Shown: one piece after another, positions 1-13,233 of the stretch
How the letters are laid out: each line of letters opens with the position of its first letter
Position numbering within the stretch: the first letter of the stretch is position 1
Origin: the human T2T-CHM13v2.0 reference genome, Homo sapiens
Direction: 5' to 3' (one strand)
DNA length: 64,000 nucleotides
Assembly: GCF_009914755.1 (NCBI RefSeq)
Contig: NC_060941.1
Translations under genes and position numbers: made by a program
Notes under the pieces: model-generated
Seen by the model: only the letters and a program-made list of their open reading frames with translations
Told to the model about the DNA's origin: nothing
The model's database searches: none

Positions 1-1369
1 TTATTAATTAACACTTTAGAAACTAGCTAAGCATAGGGACAGGAGGATGGCATAAAGAAAGTGAAGTGAATGTATGGAGGATTCAATTCAATTAAAAAAA
101 TAGTCCGTCACAAGTTTATAATGTTTTGCCTTTTATAAAGTGCTTTCACATACTTTATTCCATGAAGACTGTCTCAACTTTCTAGTGCACACACACATCC
201 ACACAGGCAGACACAAAAGATATTATTAGTCATTTTAAGTGCCTAGAAGGACACATCTACCCTATTGCCCCCAAACTGAGCTGTTATAACCAGGTAAATA
301 GCTTTCAGTGAAAAGTAACATCCATAAAAGACAATCAATGGTGGCATATTATTCTTGTTCACTCTGCTGTCTTTGGTTGCTACATGTCTCCTTGGCTCTC
401 TATTAGAGACCAAGCTTGCCCGCTTGGAATGCCAAGCAGTATCCACATGGCTGAAGGTAACACCTTCCTTGCCTTGCTTTCAAAGTCCCACCCATAGCTG
501 AATACATCTCCCTTATCTTGCTTTCCCTTTAATGAAAGAGCAACGTTATTACATGCTTGGATTCACCAGTGAAGGACCTGGTCCATGTTGAATGAGTGTT
601 TTCCATGCCTACACATAAACAGGTCAGAAAAGTCTAGATCTGGATGTATAGCTTACTATATCATCACACTAGCAAAGCACCAGCTTCTGATTTCCTTTTC
701 TTGGCTACATGCTGGAGGCCTGGTCCTGGGCCAACGACAGCTGTGCATCAATTATCACAAAGAGAGCAAGACCTTGGGGAAAGCCTGATGATTTAACGAG
801 TGCTCAGCTGGGACTTTTTCACTTGATGTGTATCTTAGTACTGCATAGCAACTCCCTTTTAGTTCAAAACAATACATCTCCTTTAGTTTATCGGGTGATT
901 GGCGTAATTATGAAGAAGAACAAAGATCAAATACTGTGTCCAGAAGCAGAGGGACTAGACCACATGGTAAGGCAGCAGCTAGGGAGAATGATGGAAAAGT
1001 ATCCCCTGCTTCTGAATAGCAATCCTTCTAAAAAACACCAATGAATAAATAAAAATCAGGATAGGTGACATACCTTGTTTTAAAGAGTAAGGAATCACCG
1101 TCGAGAGTGGTAAAATAACTTGCCCTAATCTACACACTTGAAGAGATATAACTACTACTTAAATAGTTTGATACTGAGTTCTAAGCTTATTTAAGTCACC
1201 TCCGTTCAGCAAAACTGTTGTATATCATCTATTAAACGTCCACTGTGAACAAGACTCTGTGTGTGTGCACATGCATGTGTGTGGGGGAGAGTAGATGCAC
1301 AGTAATAAAAAAAAGAGCTCTTTTTTTTGTGTCTTATAATGATATACATAAAACGTAATAAACATTACT

Positions 1370-1730
1370 TACTCTGGTTTGAATGTGTCCACGCACAATT
1401 CATATATTGAAATCAAATCACCAGTATGTTCCTATCAGGAGGTGGGACTGTTGGGAGATAATTAGGTCATGAGGGCAGAGCACTCATACATGGGAATAGT
1501 GCCCTTATAAAAGAGGCCGCAGAAATCTGCCTTGCCCCTTCCATCATGTGAGGATTCAGAGAGAAGTTGCCATCTGTGTACCAGGAAACAGGCTCTCACC
1601 AGATATCACATGTGCCAGCAGTTTGATCTTAAACTTCCCAGCCTCCAGAACTGTGAGAAATAAATTATTGTTGTTGATGAGCCCCATAATTAATGGTTTT
1701 TTGTTATAGCAGCCCAAGGACACTAAGACA
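1370..1730 (+). mobile_element. MaLR solo LTR (MLT1A/MLT1B-like)
   Basis: Starts tactctggtttgaatgtgtcc; has gcccttataaaagaggcc, aacttcccagcctccagaactgtgagaaataaa; ends gttatagcagccc...ctaagaca, as in MLT1A/B LTRs. Confidence 0.85.
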
Positions 1731-2034
1731 TTGTATAAGTAAGACAAAATAAAATATGCAAACATATTTTATCATTGTAATGCATGGCAAAAATCTGAAC
1801 TATAATCAAATATACAATATACCGTAAGAAATTGGCCTACTCTACAAATGAAACTTAGAAATGTTTTCCCTGGACAGTTTAAATTTGTGGATTACCACTT
1901 CAAACTCACTCTTGCCATTATCCCCAGTGCACCCGTCCCACTATCATTTGGTACTGTCTTGAGGAGACCTTGAATCTGAGTCCTTCATAGCTGCTGCCTG
2001 TTCTTTAAATGTTAGGTCTACATGTCTTGCATAT

Positions 2035-2134
2035 TATTAGGTTGATGCAAAGGTAATTGCAATTTTTGCTGTGAAAAGTAATATGAATGCACTTTTAATG
2101 GCAAACATCGCAGATAAATTTGCACCAACTAATA
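2035..2134. mobile_element. MADE1 (Hsmar1-derived MITE), lengthened variant
   Basis: TIRs tattaggttgatgcaaaggtaattgc ... tttgcaccaactaata with TA flanks. Confidence 0.85.
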
Positions 2135-2520
2135 ACATGGTCCGCTAGACTAAGGCCACTATAAAGTCACGGTCTCCAAATTCAGTCTCTAAGTAATCCC
2201 AGGCAAGATCTTTGACTCCTTATTCATCGCTTGCTACTCTTTGTGGGACCAGCTATTTCTAAACCATACAGTCTTCTCCAATCTCCATCCCACCACCTCC
2301 TCAGTCACCCTCACTTGATCTCGATTCTATACATTGACTTCACAAACAAAAGTCATCAGACTTTCTCACCTTTCTGCCACCTTAAGGCTGGGTCTCCACC
2401 TGGATCCATCAGGTGCTCTCTTCCTTTACTGTCACTTAGAGCTATCTTCTCTTACGTAAAAGTCACCACTCTCCCTCTCTGAGGAATCATATTCCCTCCA
2501 CCCTCACTTTCTCACTCTAT

Positions 2521-2822
2521 TTTTAACATCAGCTTTATTAAAATATAATCCATAGACCATAAAACAAACCTATTTAAAAGTTTTTAACCTACAATTTGAT
2601 GGTTTTTAATCTATTCACACAGTTGTACAACCATCACTATAATACATGTTAGAAAATTTTCATTCCCCACCCTCCAAAAACTGTATCTATTAACAGTTAC
2701 TCTTCATTACCTCAACCCCCTCATCCCCAGCCCCAGCCCTAGGTACCATTAATTTGCTTTCCATCTCTGTAGGTCTGTCTGCTTTGGACATTTCATATCA
2801 ATGGAATCATATGGTATGTGGA
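2521..2822 (-). mobile_element. L1MB-type 3' end fragment
   Basis: agctttattaaaatataat...attcacacagttgtacaaccatcact...ttggacatttcatatcaatggaatcat matches antisense old L1M 3' UTR. Confidence 0.8.
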
Positions 2823-3216
2823 GGCCTCACTCTATTAACTTTCCTCTGCTCCTCTTTTGTTTTTAATATCTCCTCCTCCACTTGTTCTTTCCCATCAGCA
2901 TTATGCATGTTCAAATCCTGCCCATTTTTAAAACCAAACCAAACAAAACATAATTGTGCATTAGCATATCCCATCCCACTCCAGCTTCTGCACTGTCTGT
3001 TTCCTTCCCAGGCAAGCTTTTTAAAAGAATTGTTTTTGGCTCTCCATATTCTCACTACCCACTCTCCTCAAACCATTTCCAACTGCACCCTGTCAAGGTG
3101 AGTAACAACCCCCTTCTTGCTAAATTCAATAGATCGTTAACACCTACTCCTCTTTCAACTCTCAGATTAAACATCACTTTCTCTGTGAAGTCTTCTTCAG
3201 CCCCTTACATCTAGGT

Positions 3217-3414
3217 CAGGGTTTCCCCACTTCAGCACTATTAACATTTGGGAATGAATAACTCTTTGATGTGGAGGAGGCTGTCCTGCAACCTCCACCG
3301 GCTAGATGCAAGTAACATCCCTACCCCCACCCCCAGTTGTAACAATCAAACATGCCTCCATGTATTGTCAGGTGTCCCTGGGAGGACAAAATCACCCCTG
3401 ATTGAGAACTACTG
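3217..3414. mobile_element. MER20 (hAT-Charlie DNA transposon)
   Basis: cagggtttccccacttcagcactattaacatttgg...ccccagttgtaacaatcaaacatgcctcca...gattgagaactactg. Confidence 0.8.
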
Positions 3415-3429
3415 ATCCAGACATGTGTT

Positions 3430-3633
3430 TTTCTTTGTGTATTCATGTCATGCTTGATTTCTCTTTTGCAGCATTGATTACATTGAATTGTAGTTGTTTG
3501 TGGGTTCCTCCCTAACCCAAACTAGACCAAGATTCATATATCAGGAGCAATGGTTATCTGGTTTATCTCAATGTCCTGGCACACTGCATGGCACATAATA
3601 ATTAAACAATGTATATTTGTTGAATGAATAAAT
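3430..3633 (+). mobile_element. L2 3' end relic
   Basis: ggcacactgcatggcacataata...tatttgttgaatgaataaat L2 terminus. Confidence 0.65.
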
Positions 3634-3967
3634 ACAGTGCCTTTTTGTCTTGTGTATCAGTAAGAAATGAGAACCTCCTGAAAACTTATTTTTTTTGTCC
3701 ATAGTTTTTTTGTGTTTGTGGCTGTTTTGGTTTCTGTTTGCTTTTGCTGTGATTACACCTTGTTATTGAGTTTGTGTAGGGTCATTGCTAAAAATCATAA
3801 CATCCAAATCAAAAGATTACAAGTAGAAAGCAGAGAGTTAGGAAAGTATGAAAAGATTGATCTTGTCTGCCACCCTGTTATTTGTCATTGTCTTCTTGGT
3901 TCAGCTTTTTAGTCACAGCATATTTGTACAAATGCTTTATATTATTGGACTTCAAAACACCTAAGAA

Positions 3968-4289
3968 GGCTGGGCGTGGTGGCTCACACCTGTAATCCCA
4001 GCACTTTGGGAGGCTGAGGTGGGCAGATCATGAGGTCAGGAGATCAAGACCATCCTGGCTAACACGGTGAAACCCTGTCTCTGCTAAAATAAATAAATTA
4101 AATAAAATAAGCCAGGCATGGTGGCTGGCTCCTGTAGTCCCAGCTACTCAGGAGGCTGAGGCAGGAGAATCACTTGAACGCGGGAGGTGGAGATTGCTGA
4201 GCCGAGATCACGCCACTGTACTCCAGCCTGAGCAATGGCGTGAGACTCCATCTCAAAACAAACAAACAAACAAACAAAAAACAAACAAA
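3968..4289 (+). mobile_element. Alu (AluSc/Sc8-like), full length
   Basis: Dimeric Alu with (CAAA)n tail; TSD aaaacacctaagaa (3954-3967) / aaaacaccgaagaa (4290-4303). Confidence 0.95.
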
Positions 4290-5293
4290 AAAACACCGAA
4301 GAAACTAGCATTTGTTGGTCTCATTTTTAGATTCTGTCCATAGTCTCAGTTTTGTGCCAAGTCCTCTTTGATATTGATTCTGTATTTCCCAGAGGGAAAT
4401 AGCTCATAGAGTCACTAGAATCACACACTCTTGGAACTGGCTAATTGCACCATATTTTTACAGATTAAACAATTGATCCTCAGGGATATAAGATGACATG
4501 CTAAAATTTCAGTAATAATCTCTAAAGAACTAAACTAGAATGCATGTTTCATAATTTGTCAATAAACAACACTAGATTATGTTTTAAAAGGTCTCATTTG
4601 TTGACTATCTACTATGTGCTAGACTCTGTTCCCAAAACCTCACAACAACCTTATAATTTTCTTTATAACTTTACAAATGTAACAACATGAAATCTATCTG
4701 GCAGGGCCAGGTGTCCCTGACTCCAAAGCCGTCACCCCTCTATTCCTCTGGACTGCCTCTTCTAGACACTACTATTAAAGATCATTTGCTCAGTTCCACC
4801 ACATGTAGCACAGTTTGTGATATATAGTAGGTACTTGATATCTAATAAATAATAAATAATTTAATGTTATTCCAAACGAGCTCTTAGGTTTCTCTTAATG
4901 GTGATAAAAGGGGATAATAATCAACAGATAAACAGAAAGGGCAGTGGTGGGATTGAAAGGGGAAAAACTGGAAAAGAGGGAGGATAGATTCATAAGAGAA
5001 ATTAGGTAATGTCCTGAATGATGCTGAGATGAAGGCTAATATATCAATATCCTAGCCATGTAGCTCATTTTTTAATTGAGTTGGGATAGCTTTAGAATGC
5101 AGGATTTGGGTAAAATACACAATGAAGTGAAAGATAACCATGGCCCAGGTTACTTTATGAGATCACATTTTATTGGGCTTGAACATCTACTTAGCTACTC
5201 CAGGAAATAACTCTAGTAAGACAACCAAGTATGCTGACTACAACATCCCCAAATTAAACTGTATTGTTTTAAAAATAAGCTTTATTGCAATGA

Positions 5294-5611
<318 letters not shown>

Positions 5612-6989
5612 ACAACATATATATTCTAAAGTCCCCAAATTACCTAAAACTATAACTCCTCACTGTCTATTTTTTTTTTTTTTTTGGTTGGAGAAAACAG
5701 AAATCACTGTTTACATGCATCCAAATGGCATGATTCTTCTGCCCTCCTAGTGTCTCACACAGTGTGTGTTTCTTCCCTGCTCCCCTGGTGTGACTCCTAC
5801 TATGCTGGTTGTTAGCTGTGTTAGTGCCACTGTTTCTTGAACTGGTCTTTTTATTTTTTATTTTTTAATTTGACCATAAATAGCAACAGCTTTTTTTCTG
5901 GGCTGGAAGAATCAGGGAACTTTGGAAGGTGTTTTTCCAATCTAAGTAGAGGCTATATCTCCTTTAGCAGAATATAACTAAAATAACAGATCTGATAAAA
6001 TTTTTATTCTCTTGAAAGTTCTTATATTTTATACCTTAACAATCTCTTCATAGCCAGTAATCCACTCTCATCTGGGCTTAATTCTACCTTTGGCTACAGA
6101 AGCACCGTTGTACCCACTCATATACAAAACATGTAACAACTGATCACACTCAGGTACTGACTAACCAGGAGACCACTGGCCATAAACAACTGGCACAGCC
6201 ATACCCAAGTTTGACTATCAGCCCTTCATGAAAGGTGAGCAAGGGCCCTGCTCTAGCCTGATGCCTTTTCCAAGTGATGAGGTATCAATTCCCCTAGGAA
6301 GTATTCCTTATTTCCAAGTCACTTCCACTATCCCAGAATTTATTGTTTCAATGCTTTTGAATAAGAATGTAATCAATTTAGATTCTAAACTATAAAGACC
6401 TCACACCACTATCTCCTATCACAGATGAAGCTGCACCTTCAGTTTCAGAAAGATGTAACTTCAGGATCTTCTTTGTCTTTACTCGTGAGACACACGAGTC
6501 ATCTCCAGCTAACCAAGGTTACAAATGCATAACGCCAGAGACCAGTCCAATGCATTAAAAAAACCAATTACATGCTTATAGCGAGTAGACTCACCCACTG
6601 AAAGTAGAGTTCTATTATACCTGGCAAACTCCTATGAGAGGAGCTGAACAGAAAGAGGACCTTTCCATCTTTGTTTACAAAGGCAGGTCAGTGGAAAGGC
6701 AAGTTGACTTGCCTGCCTATGTTTACTTGTGTGCTGTTTGGATTGCCTTAATTACCCAAGTATCTTGTTTTCAGAGCAATCACCAAGAAATTTATCTAAG
6801 GTTGATTGTTGCTTCCAGTCATTTTTACATTTAAAAGAACTATTCCAAATCAACTCAAGCATCCATGGGCTTATATAAAAGAGTGGAGCTTAAAGTATAA
6901 TATGTATTAACCTTGAATAACTACTAAGTGCATACAGCATAATAGATACCTCTTTGGGTAAGTTTAATTATTGAGAGATATTATGATAC

Positions 6990-7202
6990 AGTCATTAAGA
7001 CATGAACTTATGAATCAGAGATATCTGGAATCAACTCTTGGCTTTGTCAGTTACTACATTATGACCTTGGATAACTTACTTGCCCTCTCAAAGCCTCCGT
7101 TTCCTACGTTGTTAAATGGAGACTATTAATAGTAGTAGTCTGCTTCAGAAATTTGTTGTGAGGTTCAATAAGACATGGGCAAAGTATCTGATGTAAGCAC
7201 TC
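6990..7202 (+). mobile_element. MIR interrupted by MSTA
   Basis: gaccttggataacttacttgccctctcaaagcctccgtttcct...aaatggagact...gttgtgagg MIR core; resumes after the LTR. Confidence 0.75.
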
Positions 7203-7597
7203 TGTATTAATCTCTTCTCTCATTGCCACAGAGAAATACCAGAGACTGGGTAATTTATAAAGAAAATAGGTTTAACTGGATCACAGTTCCACAGGCTGCA
7301 CAGGAAGCATGGCAGCATCTGCTTCTGTGGAGGCCTCAGGAAACTTCCAATCATGGCAGAAGGCAAACAGGGAGCAAGCACCTCACATGGCTGGAGCAAG
7401 AGGAAGAGAGAGAGGGGGAAGGTGCTACCCACTTTTAAACAACCAACTTTCACGAGAACTCAGTCACTATCATGAGAACAGCACCCGGGGGAAATGCACA
7501 CCCACAATCCAGTCACCTCCCACCAGGCCTCACCTCCAACACTGGGGATTACAATTGAACATGAGTTCTGGGTGGAGAGACAGATCCAATCATATCA
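7203..7597 (-). mobile_element. MSTA solo LTR (complete)
   Basis: tgtatt...gagactgggtaatttataaagaaaa...caggaagcatggcagcatctgcttc...catatca; TSD cactc/cattc. Confidence 0.9.
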
Positions 7598-8358
7598 CAT
7601 TCAAAATGGTAGCTATTCTTATTATCCATGACTATTACAACAACATACTGAGGTTAGGTATTAGACCCGTTTTACAGATGAGGAAACAAAGACTCATGGA
7701 GGCTAAATAATTCCCAAAGGCTGTTTTCTTTGTAGTATATCCTGGAATAAATAATGTGGCCACCATCATTGTGTGGTTTACAAACTGCCTCTAGATACGG
7801 TTCCCAAAGAGGAGCCAAAACATTTTGTATAACTAAAATTTATTCCTCTAATCCTCACAAGCATACACAAAGCAGCCAGCTTGAAGGACAATATTCATAT
7901 AGATGCCTAAGTTCTGCAAAGTGTATTTTTAAAATTCACATTACTTCGTGGATAAAATTCCTATTGTTTTTGTTCTCTTGCCCACTCTTCCTGAGTTGCC
8001 TGACTTTTCTTTCAGAATCAACTGACAAGATGTTCTGGAAACAAGATGTTTCTTAGCAACATTTTGTTTATCTAGATAAAAACATAACCTTTACTGCCAC
8101 ATACTAGAGCAGAGAGATCCTCAGCATTTAAATGATATATACTTATTGAAGCTCTTGGTTTTTAATTTCTATATGGTCCTATGTGTTTTTCTTTATTTTG
8201 GGAGGGAAGTGTCCTTCACTTTAACAATAATTCTTCTTCAGGGTCATAGCTAACTGTACAGCATCTCCTCCTGGGTCTCCACAACTATTTCTATGTATAC
8301 ATGTAAGAACACAAGCTCATGAGGTTACAAGTGCATACATCTTAAAAGAAACACATGT

Positions 8359-8758
<400 letters not shown>

Positions 8759-8924
8759 TCACTGAACTAAGAAAACTGTTTAGAAATATCTGACAAAAAG
8801 ACCAATAAGTCTTGAGAATAAGTAGCCTTCTCTGTATCTCCATTATGGTAATGTTGGCTGTAGATGATCAAATCCCTAAGAGATGACAGTTTCCTGACCC
8901 AAAGGAAGTTACTTGCAAGTGAGA

Positions 8925-9399
8925 ATTATGACCTTGGATGACTTACTTGCCTTCTCAAAGCCTCCGTTTCCTATATTATTAAATGGAGACTACTAATAGA
9001 CCCTGCTTCACAGAGTTGTTTTGAGGTTCAATGAGACATGTGCAAGGTGCCTGATGTAAACACTCTGTATTAATCCGTTCTCTCACTGCTATAGAGAAAT
9101 ACCTGAGACTGGGTAATTTATAAAGAAAATAGGTTTAAATGGATCACGGTTCCACAGGCTGTACAGGAAGCATGGCAGCATCTGCTTCTATGGAGGCCTC
9201 AGGAAACTTATAATTATGGTGGAAGGCAAAGGGGAAGCAAGCACCTCATGTGGCTGGAGTAGGAGAGAGAGAGGAGGAGGGTGCTACACATTTTTAAAAA
9301 AAACAGGTCTCATGATAACTCAGTCATTATCATGAGAGCAGCTCCCCGAGGGAAATGCACCCCCATGATCCAATCACCACCCACATGCATGCCTCACCT
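8925..9399 (+). repeat. Local duplicate of 7058-7535 (MIR plus partial MSTA)
   Basis: Colinear with 7058-7535 across the same MIR/LTR junction (cactc|tgtattaatc). Confidence 0.9.
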
Positions 9400-9504
9400 G
9401 GGGTAAGGGATAGCCTCAAGCCTCAGAAGAAACTGCAGTGTAACCACATGGATATTTGAGGGGATTCATGGAATTTAAGTTCCCAAAAAATTTTCTTAGG
9501 CTTC

Positions 9505-9540
9505 TGTATTAGGGTTCTCCAGAGAAAAAGAAACAACAGA

Positions 9541-9577
<37 letters not shown>

Positions 9578-9936
9578 GAGGGAGAGAAAGAGAGAATGTA
9601 TTTTAAGGAATAAATTATGCAATTATGGGGACTATCAAGTCCAAAATCTGCAGATTAGGCCAGTAGGCTGGGGACACAGGAAAAAGTTAATGTTTCAGTC
9701 TTGAGTCTGAAGGCAATCAGGAGGCAAAATTCCTTCTTCAGAGGATCTCAGTCTTTTCTCTTAAGGCCTTTGACTGATTGGATAAGGCCCACCCACATCA
9801 TAGATGGTAACCTTCTTTACTGAAAATGTTAGGTGTTAATCACATCTAAAAATACCTTACAGCATCTAGGCTGGTGTTTGGCCAAACAACTGGGCCCCGT
9901 AGCTTAGCCAAGTGAATGCAAACATTAAAGATCACA
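9505..9936 (-). mobile_element. MLT2 (HERV-L) solo LTR with internal (CA)n
   Basis: tgtattagggttctccagaga...gactgattggataaggcccacccacat...atcaca; exact 5-bp TSD gcttc. Confidence 0.9.
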
Positions 9937-10128
9937 GCTTCCTAGTCAGCCCTGATCCTCTTCTCTCAGGGTCATCTGGGGGCAAGCACAACCCCAAATA
10001 GAAGACTAAGCACCTATCTGGGATATTCTGGGTGACTAAAATCACCTGAGGCATCAACCACACAGTTTATACTATGGAACATGTTATCAGATTATAAATG
10101 AACTTCTTTGTTTTGCAATTACATTTTT

Positions 10129-10463
10129 AAAATTTATTTATATTTTTTATTATTTTATTTTATTTTTCCATTAGTTACTGGGTTATAGGTGGTATTTGGT
10201 TACATGAGTAAGTTCTTTAGTGGTGATTTGTGAGATCCTGGTGCACCCATCACCTGAGCAGTATACACTGCACCATATATGTTGTCTTTTATCACTCACC
10301 CCCTCCCGCTCTTCCCCACAAGTCCCCAAAGTCCATTGTATCATTCTTACCCTTTTCATCCTCATAGCTTAGCTCCCACATATCAGTGAGAACATACAAT
10401 GTTTGGTTTTCCATTCCTAAGTTACTTCACTTAGAATAGTAGTCTCCAATCTCATCCAAGTCA
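10129..10463 (-). mobile_element. L1PB 3' end, 5'-truncated
   Basis: Antisense L1PB 3' UTR (ggtgcacccatcacctgagcagtatacactgcacc); TSD tgcaattacattttt at 10114 and 10464. Confidence 0.9.
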
Positions 10464-10479
10464 TGCAATTACATTTTTT

Positions 10480-12110
10480 TATTTTGAGATAATTATCATT
10501 TTACACATAGTTGTAAGAAATAATACAGAGAAATCCTGTGTACTCTTTACTCCATATCCCCCAATAGTAACATCTTGCAAAACCATAATACAATATAAAA
10601 ACCAAGATATTGACATTGATAAAGTCAAGATACAGTACATTTCCATCACCTGCAAAGATCACTCATGTTTTCCTCTTAATGCCACACCCACTTCCTTCCT
10701 ACCCCCAACTCCTACTGAAACCCTAGCAAACACTAATCTGTTCTCTATTTTCACAATTTTGTTATTTCAGGATGTTATATAAATGGAATTATATGTTACA
10801 TAACAATTTTTTATTAAAGTTTTTTATTCAGCATACTTCTCTAAAGATTTATCTAAATTGTTTCTTATATTGATTGTTCTTTTATTGATGAGTAATGTTC
10901 CATGGTATAGTTGTACCACAGCTTGTTTAACCATTCACAAGTTGAAGGATATCTGAATTGTTTCCAGTTCTTGCTATAACAAATAAAACTGATATAAACA
11001 TTTGTGTACAGGTTTTGTGTGAAGATAAATTTTTAATTCTCTGGGACAAATGCCAAGAAGTGTAATTGTTGGGCCATATGGTGGCTGCATATTTAGCTTG
11101 CTAAGGAACTGTTTTCCAGAATGACTATACCATTTTACATTCCCTCTAGGAATGTGTGAGAAATCCAGTTTTTCTGCATCCTTGACAGCATTTAATGTTG
11201 TTACTAGTCTTTAAGCATTCTGATAGGGGGTACAGTGATATCGTGTTCATGTGGTTTTAATTTACACTGCCCTAATGATGAATGATGTTGAAAATCTTTT
11301 CTAGTGCAGAATTGATACCTGTATATTTTCTTTTTTGAAATGTCTCCTCAAATCTTTTGCATATCTTTTAATTTGATTGTTTATTTTTTTCCTGTTGAGT
11401 TTTGAGAGTTCTTTATTTATTGTAGATACTAGTCCTTTGTTGGATACATAAATTGCATATATTTTATCCCAGTCTGTGCCTTCTCTTTTGTCTTCTTAAC
11501 AGGGTCATTCTCAAAGCAAACATTTGTTGTTGTTATGAAGTTTAGGTCAAGGGGTTTTGTTCTGTTCTGCTTCGTTTTGTTTTTCTTATGGATGTTCAGT
11601 TGCTCTAGTACCATTTAATAAAAAAAAGCAATCTTACCTCCTCTATTAAATTACCTTTTCTCCTTTGTCAAAAATCAGTTGGATACATTTTTCTATGGAT
11701 CTATTTCCGGATTCTCTATTCTGTTCCATTGATCAATGTGTGTGTCTCTCTCTATCAATACCAGTCTTGATTACTGCAGCTACATAATAAGTCTTGAATC
11801 AGGTAGAGGCAATTCTTCTCTCTTTATAATCTTTCAAAATTATTGTAGCTACTCTAGTTCCTTTGCATTTCCATACAAATTTTAGAATAATCTTGAGTGC
11901 ATGAATAAAAATCTTGCTGAGATTTTGATAGAAATTGCACTAAATCTGTATATCAATTTGGAGATAATTCATAACTACATTGTATTGAGCTTTATCTTCC
12001 ACAAACACAGTTTGTCTTTCCATTTATTGAGATCTTTGATTTCTCTCATCAGCATATTTTAGATTTTGGCATACAACTATTGTAAAAGTTTTGTTAGATC
12101 TACACCTGAA
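10480..12110 (-). mobile_element. L1MC-type 3' UTR/ORF2 fragment
   Basis: attttgagataatt...gttgtaagaaataatacagaga...; ORF2-derived antisense sequence to about 12110. Confidence 0.85.
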
Positions 12111-13073
12111 CTTAAAAAAAAAAAAACAGAATGGAATAAAACCTTCTTTATTGAGGAGATACCACTTTTTATTCATTCTTGTCACTATGCGTCTACATAT
12201 TCAGGGTTTATTAGTTGGACTTCTGTTTTAAAAATCATCTATTTGCTGCTTAGAAACAACTTTCTAACAGACTATGTCAAAAATTACCAATATTTATCTG
12301 ACTGACAAAATCAAGAAAACCCATAGCTGCAAACTAACTGGGTTTGGCAAGGCTCATCTATTTATTTCTGTTGTTTCTCATAATAGTGTGTCTTCTAGCT
12401 GCATTAGTAGGACTCAAAGTCTTGTAATATGTACTTTTTTTGAGCTTAACCCTTATATGCAAAGCCAGATCTCAGTATTTTTAAGGTTCCCGATGATGTC
12501 ACCATTTGCTAGCATGGCATTCTAATAAATAGTAGGGGTTTGGATGCAGAGCTTTTGACACTAAAAGTATACATGATGGTGAAAAAAGAGACTCTGGACA
12601 TCAGGACTGCTACTGGAATTAATTTGTAGTTCGCAGTGTGAACTATCGACTTGTGATGGCCTTGCAGCAGTAAAAATATTTCCTAGCAACGTGTAGTTAA
12701 TGTGGTTTGTTTTCAAATGAAAGCCACACATTACAAATCACTTCTTTTTCTCTGATTAATTGCAGAATTTTATTCTAGGTTCTGAGTTGCAATGTTCCTC
12801 TTGGCACAATCTCCTGAAGTTTCATGTGAAGGAAGAATGCAATTCGTAAGACTGAGGATGAATGCTGGTTTCTTGTGCCATCTAAAACAAGCAAGCCTGT
12901 AAAACCCACTGTAAGACAGTTCCACCATATAAGCCTCAGTTTCCCAGCGTGAGCGAATAAAGGCATATTGAGTAAACTGAATCATTGAATCTGATCCGTG
13001 AAACTTATCATTGAAGTAGTGTAGAAAGGTAAGAAGACTGAAGTCAGAATTCTTTGATTCATAGCTCTCTAGC

Positions 13074-13233
13074 CAAAGTGATCAACTTCTCCAAGTTTGT
13101 CCAGGACTTTTCTGATTTAAAAAATAAAAGTCTCATGTCTCAGGAAACCTTTTAGCCTTAGTTTTAAAATTGAGATTCCCATGTCCCAATACCCACATCA
13201 GTCCCAGGAAAATAAGGATGTTTGACTACCGTA
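13074..13233. mobile_element. MER81-like hAT-Blackjack element inside a MIR
   Basis: caaagtgatcaacttctccaagtttgtccaggac...cagtcccaggaaaataaggatgtttgactaccgta; partial internal duplication. Confidence 0.6.

Noticed and set aside
709-1044. 111-aa ORF with an internal donor-like ATG|GTAAGG
   Set aside because: No recognisable protein family, promoter or exon chain; length is within chance expectation
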